Source of the DNA: a virus
Virus record (IMG/VR): IMGVR_UViG_3300011266_000026
Length of the DNA: 37,995 nucleotides
Reading direction: 5' to 3' (one strand)
Shown here: piece by piece, positions 34,337 to 37,995 of the stretch
Layout: each line of letters begins with the position of its first letter
Numbering within the stretch: the first letter of the stretch is position 1
Notes under the pieces: model-generated
Seen by the model: only the letters and a program-made list of their open reading frames with translations
Databases searched by the model: none
What the model was told of the DNA's origin: nothing
Translations under genes and position numbers: made by a program

Positions 34337-34720
34337 ATGATAATATTCATTAGTGGACATTTAAAAATATCTGAGGAAGAATTTATTGAACATTATGTTT
34401 CAAATATCAATCTTGCTATAATGAACGATTGTTCATTTGTTGTTGGAGATGCCAGAGGAGTGGATACTATGGCACAAACGTATCTATTCCGTATTCTTGG
34501 GGAAGGTTCCCCGAAAGTTACGGTATATCATATGTTTGATAGACCTAGAAATAATGTTGGAAAGTTTAAAACAAAGGGTGGTTATACATCTGATGATGAA
34601 CGCGATGCAGCAATGACACGTGAAAGCCACAAAGATATTGCATGGGTAAGGCCGGGTAAGGAAACGTCAGGAACTGCAAAAAACGTACAAAGAAGAAAAA
34701 ACACTACTATTTATATGTAA
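34337..34720 (+). CDS. SLOG/Rossmann-like nucleotide-binding protein
   Basis: FISGHLKISEEEF, FVVGDARGVDTMAQTYL, DIAWVRPGKETSGTAKNVQRR. Confidence 0.7.
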   Translation: MIIFISGHLKISEEEFIEHYVSNINLAIMNDCSFVVGDARGVDTMAQTYLFRILGEGSPKVTVYHMFDRPRNNVGKFKTKGGYTSDDERDAAMTRESHKDIAWVRPGKETSGTAKNVQRRKNTTIYM

Positions 34721-34747
34721 TGATATATCGTAGAAATAAGTAAAATT

Positions 34748-35233
34748 ATGAATAATAAAATCCAAGCTATTTTGCTTAAACTTGTTCTTGCATTGCAAAA
34801 AGAACACTGGCAGGTTGCTCCTAATTGGGAATTGACACTTAAAAGTGAAGGACATGCTCCATTAACAAAAAATATTCGTGTTCAGGGAACGCTTGCCGGA
34901 GAAAGTTGGGGAGATGATATTGAAGCAATGATTGATTTGAAACTTGTTTCTACCGATGAAATTACATATTTCCCAGAATATACAACATATGCCCACATGT
35001 ATTTAAAGGGAATTGAAAGTAAAGATATTGCTATCAAATTGGATATAGATGTTGCATTTACTAATCAAGATTTATCTAATCAAAGTAAAATTGATTTAGC
35101 AGCTAAAAAGATTTCTCGGTTCACCGAAGATCATATTGAGAATGAATACAGTGATTATGTTGATCAAAATTCTCAAGCATTATTAGATTATTCAGCCGGA
35201 GAAGGTAAAGCTGATTATGATCCCGAAAGATAA
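34748..35233 (+). CDS. hypothetical protein (161 aa)
   Basis: ORF followed by terminator. Confidence 0.7.
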   Translation: MNNKIQAILLKLVLALQKEHWQVAPNWELTLKSEGHAPLTKNIRVQGTLAGESWGDDIEAMIDLKLVSTDEITYFPEYTTYAHMYLKGIESKDIAIKLDIDVAFTNQDLSNQSKIDLAAKKISRFTEDHIENEYSDYVDQNSQALLDYSAGEGKADYDPER

Positions 35234-35258
35234 TGTTTAATCCTACATAAGGATCATT

Positions 35259-35286
35259 ATGCTTTCTTATGTCTTTCAGAAAGCAT
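35259..35286 (+). terminator. terminator hairpin
   Basis: ATGCTTTCT...AGAAAGCAT then TGTTATTTTCTTT. Confidence 0.65.
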
Positions 35287-35318
35287 TGTTATTTTCTTTA
35301 TGAAAGATATTTATAGAT

Positions 35319-36173
35319 ATGAAAGCACTTCGGCTTCTTATCTTAATTGTAGTGTTGCTATCAGGTTTTTACAAACTTCATGCAGCTTCTGAAAGTATTC
35401 CCGAACGTTTAGCCTCTATTAGTGTTACTGTAGATACTCCGAGTAGCATTGGAAGTGGAGTTGCATTCACTCGTAAAGATGCAACAGGAAAAGATATAAC
35501 CTTTATTTGGACTGTAGGACATGTAATATGTTATCATATTGAACCTGACTCTATATTAACCTTGGTAGTTCCATCAAATACAAATGGATTTTATCTTTAT
35601 TATACAAATTTAATTGTTTACCAAAACATTTCTGTTAATGGACAATTCGTATATCAAACAAATGCTCCAGTAAAAATCATTAAATCAAGTCCAAATGAAA
35701 TTGGGCAAGATTTGGCAGTTCTCCAAGTTGAGGGGAAATTTTTTAATAAAAATTCTGTAGTATTTGACTTGTCAGGTAATATTCCAAAACTTGGAGAACC
35801 GTTATATGGGGTAAGTAGTCCATATGGTGAAGATAGATCATTTTCTACAGGAGTTTGTTCAGGTGTTGGTAGGAATATAGATGATTTAATCTTTGATCAG
35901 TCTACATTGATAGTTCATCCGGGTTCTAGTGGAGGAGGAGTGTATTCGACTGATGGAAAATGTATTGGATTGAGTGTAGTTATGAAAGCAGATGGAGTGA
36001 ATTATTTTGTTCCAATTCGTCGTATGCAACAATGGGCTAAAAAAGAAGGTATTGAATGGGCGTTAGATCCTTCAATTCCAATGCCTTCTGAGATGGAATT
36101 AACTACTATGACTATCAATGATAAAACTCCACGATTAGTCGATAGAAATAAAGTTCGTCAAATAAAGTATTAA
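35319..36173 (+). CDS. secreted trypsin-like (DegP/S1-type) serine protease
   Basis: Signal peptide MKALRLLILIVVLLSGFYKLHAA; WTVGH (His), GQDLAVLQV (Asp), HPGSSGGGV (Ser). Confidence 0.88.
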   Translation: MKALRLLILIVVLLSGFYKLHAASESIPERLASISVTVDTPSSIGSGVAFTRKDATGKDITFIWTVGHVICYHIEPDSILTLVVPSNTNGFYLYYTNLIVYQNISVNGQFVYQTNAPVKIIKSSPNEIGQDLAVLQVEGKFFNKNSVVFDLSGNIPKLGEPLYGVSSPYGEDRSFSTGVCSGVGRNIDDLIFDQSTLIVHPGSSGGGVYSTDGKCIGLSVVMKADGVNYFVPIRRMQQWAKKEGIEWALDPSIPMPSEMELTTMTINDKTPRLVDRNKVRQIKY

Positions 36174-36177
36174 TTAC

Positions 36178-36732
36178 CTATTCTATACTGTATAGTTTAG
36201 GATGAATTCCTCCATGAATTTCTCGGTGGCAGTTACTACACACTAAAATACACTTATCTATTTCAAATTTTATTTTTTCAAAATCATATGTAAATCCTCT
36301 ACTAATTTGAAAATCTTTCTTTTTTGGATCTAAATGATGAAATTCTAATGCTCCGACATATTTGCTATATCCACAATAAATACATTTTCCACCCTTATAT
36401 TGTATGGCTTTTTGTTTTAATTCTTTTTGTAGGGAATGTGTTTTTGTATCTTGACATTTTTTACACCAATAATGAAATTGAAATCCAGTATTTGTTTTCT
36501 TAATATAATAATTGTCCGAAACAAGTTCGAGAACCATTTTACAAGATGGACATCGTTTCCATCGTTTACCATTCTGCTCGAATGCAACATTTGGACTTGT
36601 TAAATCTTGTGTATTATGAGTTCCAAACGGAGAACAATTAAGACAAAATTTTCTTTTGTACAGGCTTCGGATCTTTCCATCAATTATCAACTGGTTTGGA
36701 AATTCTTCTTGACATTTTAGACATTTTCGCAT
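36178..36732 (-). CDS. HNH endonuclease with two zinc ribbons
   Basis: MRKCLKCQEEFPNQLIIDGKIRSLYKRKFCLNCSPFGTHN...CIYCG...LEFHHLDPKKKDF...CILVCSNCHREIHGG; 36819 is an alternative upstream start adding a hydrophobic segment. Confidence 0.9.
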   Translation of the reverse strand: MRKCLKCQEEFPNQLIIDGKIRSLYKRKFCLNCSPFGTHNTQDLTSPNVAFEQNGKRWKRCPSCKMVLELVSDNYYIKKTNTGFQFHYWCKKCQDTKTHSLQKELKQKAIQYKGGKCIYCGYSKYVGALEFHHLDPKKKDFQISRGFTYDFEKIKFEIDKCILVCSNCHREIHGGIHPKLYSIE

Positions 36733-36804
36733 AAGTCTTAGACTTGTTAATATAAGAACTATGACAATAAATAGTGGAACCAATAAGAAAAAACATTTTT
36801 CTTG

Positions 36805-36833
36805 TTGACATTTTACCAATACTGTGGCATATT
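36805..36833 (+). promoter_or_regulatory. promoter of the tRNA segment: TTGACA-N17-CATATT
   Basis: Same architecture as the tmRNA promoter. Confidence 0.55.
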
Positions 36834-36851
36834 TATGCTCGTAAGATTAAA

Positions 36852-36919
36852 CGCAGTGCCTTCGGGAAGGATCGAACTCTCATAAGGTTTGATAAATGAG
36901 GTCAGCACTCATCACTGCG
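36852..36919. other. structured element 0 (CGCAGTG...CACTGCG), strand uncertain, tRNA-like remnant or small RNA
   Basis: 7-bp closing stem, inner hairpins CCTTC/GAAGG and CTCAT/ATGAG; minus strand carries GAGTTCGATCC resembling a T-loop. Confidence 0.4.
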
Positions 36920-36981
36920 ACCAGATTTATGATTATAATTACTCGACTATTAAAGGTAGAGACATTAAGGGTGTTTGAAAT

Positions 36982-37055
36982 GCAGGTGTGATGTAACGGT
37001 AGCCTGAAACATTGCCAATGTTTACGAGAGGGTTCGACTCCCTTCACCTGCTCCA
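36982..37055 (+). tRNA. tRNA-Gly (GCC)
   Basis: GCAGGTG...CACCTGC-TCCA; anticodon arm AAACA-TTGCCAA-TGTTT; T-arm GAGGG-TTCGACT-CCCTT; D-stem weak. Confidence 0.88.
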
Positions 37056-37079
37056 TATTTTGTAATTTGATCTTTGAAA

Positions 37080-37206
37080 TTTGTATATTCTGACTCCGCA
37101 GTTGCCTATGCTCATGATCAGACTGAAACAGCGTCCAGACGATGATTGAGCGAAGACGGAGAGTGGGTGCAGCTACCACTCGTTAAAAGGCATATTGATA
37201 TACAAA
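37080..37206 (+). ncRNA. unidentified structured element A
   Basis: Outer stem TTTGTATAT/ATATACAAA (9 bp); CTCCG/CGGAG enclosing GCTCA/TGAGC; side hairpin AGTGG/CCACT. Confidence 0.45.
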
Positions 37207-37212
37207 AGTTTT

Positions 37213-37241
37213 GACTTCCATATTTTTAGTGTTTGGAAGTC
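37213..37241. repeat. 7-bp hairpin upstream of the HNH gene
   Basis: GACTTCC...GGAAGTC. Confidence 0.55.
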
Positions 37242-37260
37242 TTAACACATACTTATTAGC

Positions 37261-37674
37261 ATGAAGATATGCTATAAGTGTGGAAAACAGAAATCGTTAG
37301 AATGTTTCAGTAAGAATTCGGCAAGAAAAGACGGATTATCTTCTCAGTGCAAAAATTGTCATAAACTGATGCGAAGACATCACTATGAACAAAATACTGA
37401 AAAAATTAAAGCTCAAGTTCGTAAGCAAAAAGATGAATACGAACAATGGTTTAATTCGTTGAAGAACAAACCATGTGTGGATTGTGGAAAAACATTTCCA
37501 CATTATTGCATGGACTTCGATCACTTAACTGACAAAGAGTTTGCATTAGCCAAAGCTAAACGATTGGGTTATAGCAAACAACGAGTTTTGAACGAAATTG
37601 AAAAGTGTGAGTTAATTTGTGCGGTGTGTCATCGCATACGAACGTACAATAGATTACATGCACCATTGGCATAA
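37261..37674 (+). CDS. HNH-like endonuclease overlapping a tRNA gene
   Basis: CYKCGKQKSLECF...CKNCHK; CVDCGKTFPHYCMDFDHL; CAVCHRIRTYN. Confidence 0.85.
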   Translation: MKICYKCGKQKSLECFSKNSARKDGLSSQCKNCHKLMRRHHYEQNTEKIKAQVRKQKDEYEQWFNSLKNKPCVDCGKTFPHYCMDFDHLTDKEFALAKAKRLGYSKQRVLNEIEKCELICAVCHRIRTYNRLHAPLA

Positions 37675-37733
37675 CGGCTGTGCGTCACCCTTCCAAGGTG
37701 AATAAGTCGGTTCGACCCCGACATGGTGCTCCA
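37660..37733 (+). tRNA. tRNA-Gly (TCC)
   Basis: GCACCAT/ATGGTGC-TCCA; D-arm GCAT/GTGC; TCACC-CTTCCAA-GGTGA; GTCGG-TTCGACC-CCGAC. Confidence 0.95.
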
Positions 37734-37737
37734 ATTT

Positions 37738-37845
37738 GTTTGTTCAACGGCAGTCCAGTGTTTAAATGACACCAATGGGTGCGTCTCTAAAGAGAACGAC
37801 TGGTGAGAGATTGTAGTCCAACTGAAGGCGAAGACTATAACAAAC
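37738..37845 (+). ncRNA. unidentified structured element B
   Basis: Outer stem GTTTGTT/AACAAAC; inner CCAGT/ACTGG, CACC/GGTG, and TGTAGTC/GACTATA hairpin. Confidence 0.45.
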
Positions 37846-37851
37846 ATGAAT

Positions 37852-37927
37852 GCGGTATTGGTGTTTAATGGCAGCATGAGACTCTTCCAAAGTCAAGGTA
37901 CGGGTTCGACTCCCGTATACCGCTCCA
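37852..37927 (+). tRNA. tRNA-Gly (TCC), second copy-like isoacceptor
   Basis: GCGGTAT/ATACCGC-TCCA; D-arm GTGT/GCAT; anticodon loop CTTCCAA; ACGGG-TTCGACT-CCCGT. Confidence 0.92.
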
Positions 37928-37934
37928 ATTTGAT

Positions 37935-37995
37935 GCCTCTTTAGTACAATAGCAGTACACGGCTTTGGTAAAGCTGAGACGACGGAGCGTAACCG
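37935..37995 (+). tRNA. partial tRNA-like sequence, possibly tRNA-Thr (GGT), cut by window end
   Basis: GCCTCTT-TA-GTAC...GTAC-A-CGGCT-TTGGTAA-AGCTG; the 3' part does not show a TTCRA T-loop before the window ends. Confidence 0.5.

Noticed and set aside
36852-36919. Complete functional tRNA on the minus strand
   Set aside because: Acceptor-like stem and TTCGATC are present, but the T-stem and anticodon arm do not pair properly and the length is short. Kept only as a structured element.
36880-37179. Minus-strand ORF of 99 aa across the tRNA segment
   Set aside because: Antisense to tRNA-Gly(GCC) and structured elements; coincidental.
37080-37206. Group I intron or hammerhead ribozyme in element A
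   Set aside because: I could not locate a convincing P7/R-S core or CUGANGA...GAAA core by eye.
37629-37877. Minus-strand ORF of 82 aa across tRNA-Gly(TCC) and element B
   Set aside because: Overlaps RNA genes; no protein-like features.

Overview
This window looks like part of a large tailed-phage (or phage-like) genome. It is almost fully coding, made of small overlapping genes, with a mostly plus-strand block (1-8.4 kb), a dense minus-strand block of tiny ORFs (8.7-19.2 kb), and a plus-strand block (19.2-36.2 kb) ending in a tRNA-rich segment. The products I can recognise from motifs are: a DUF932-like protein; free-standing HNH and GIY-YIG endonucleases; a calcineurin-like phosphoesterase; a mini PnuC-like membrane protein; a 1525-aa repeat-built protein; a GNAT acetyltransferase; a GDP-L-fucose synthase-like SDR; a SpoT/MESH1-like HD hydrolase; an outer-membrane beta-barrel; YopX-like and SLOG-like proteins; a secreted trypsin-like protease; and an unusual overlapping trio (CoaB-like synthetase, zincin-like protease, CoaC-like flavoprotein fused to an M23-like domain). 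The main non-coding findings are: a complete phage-encoded tmRNA (ssrA) with an unusually long predicted tag of 27 aa; three Gly tRNAs plus a partial Thr-like tRNA interleaved with unidentified structured elements and an HNH gene that overlaps a tRNA; a family of promoters whose geometry predicts leaderless mRNAs; a five-copy 24-bp intergenic palindromic repeat; and perfect hairpins abutting the start regions of homing-endonuclease-type genes. All assignments are from reading the sequence; no database search or folding program was run.
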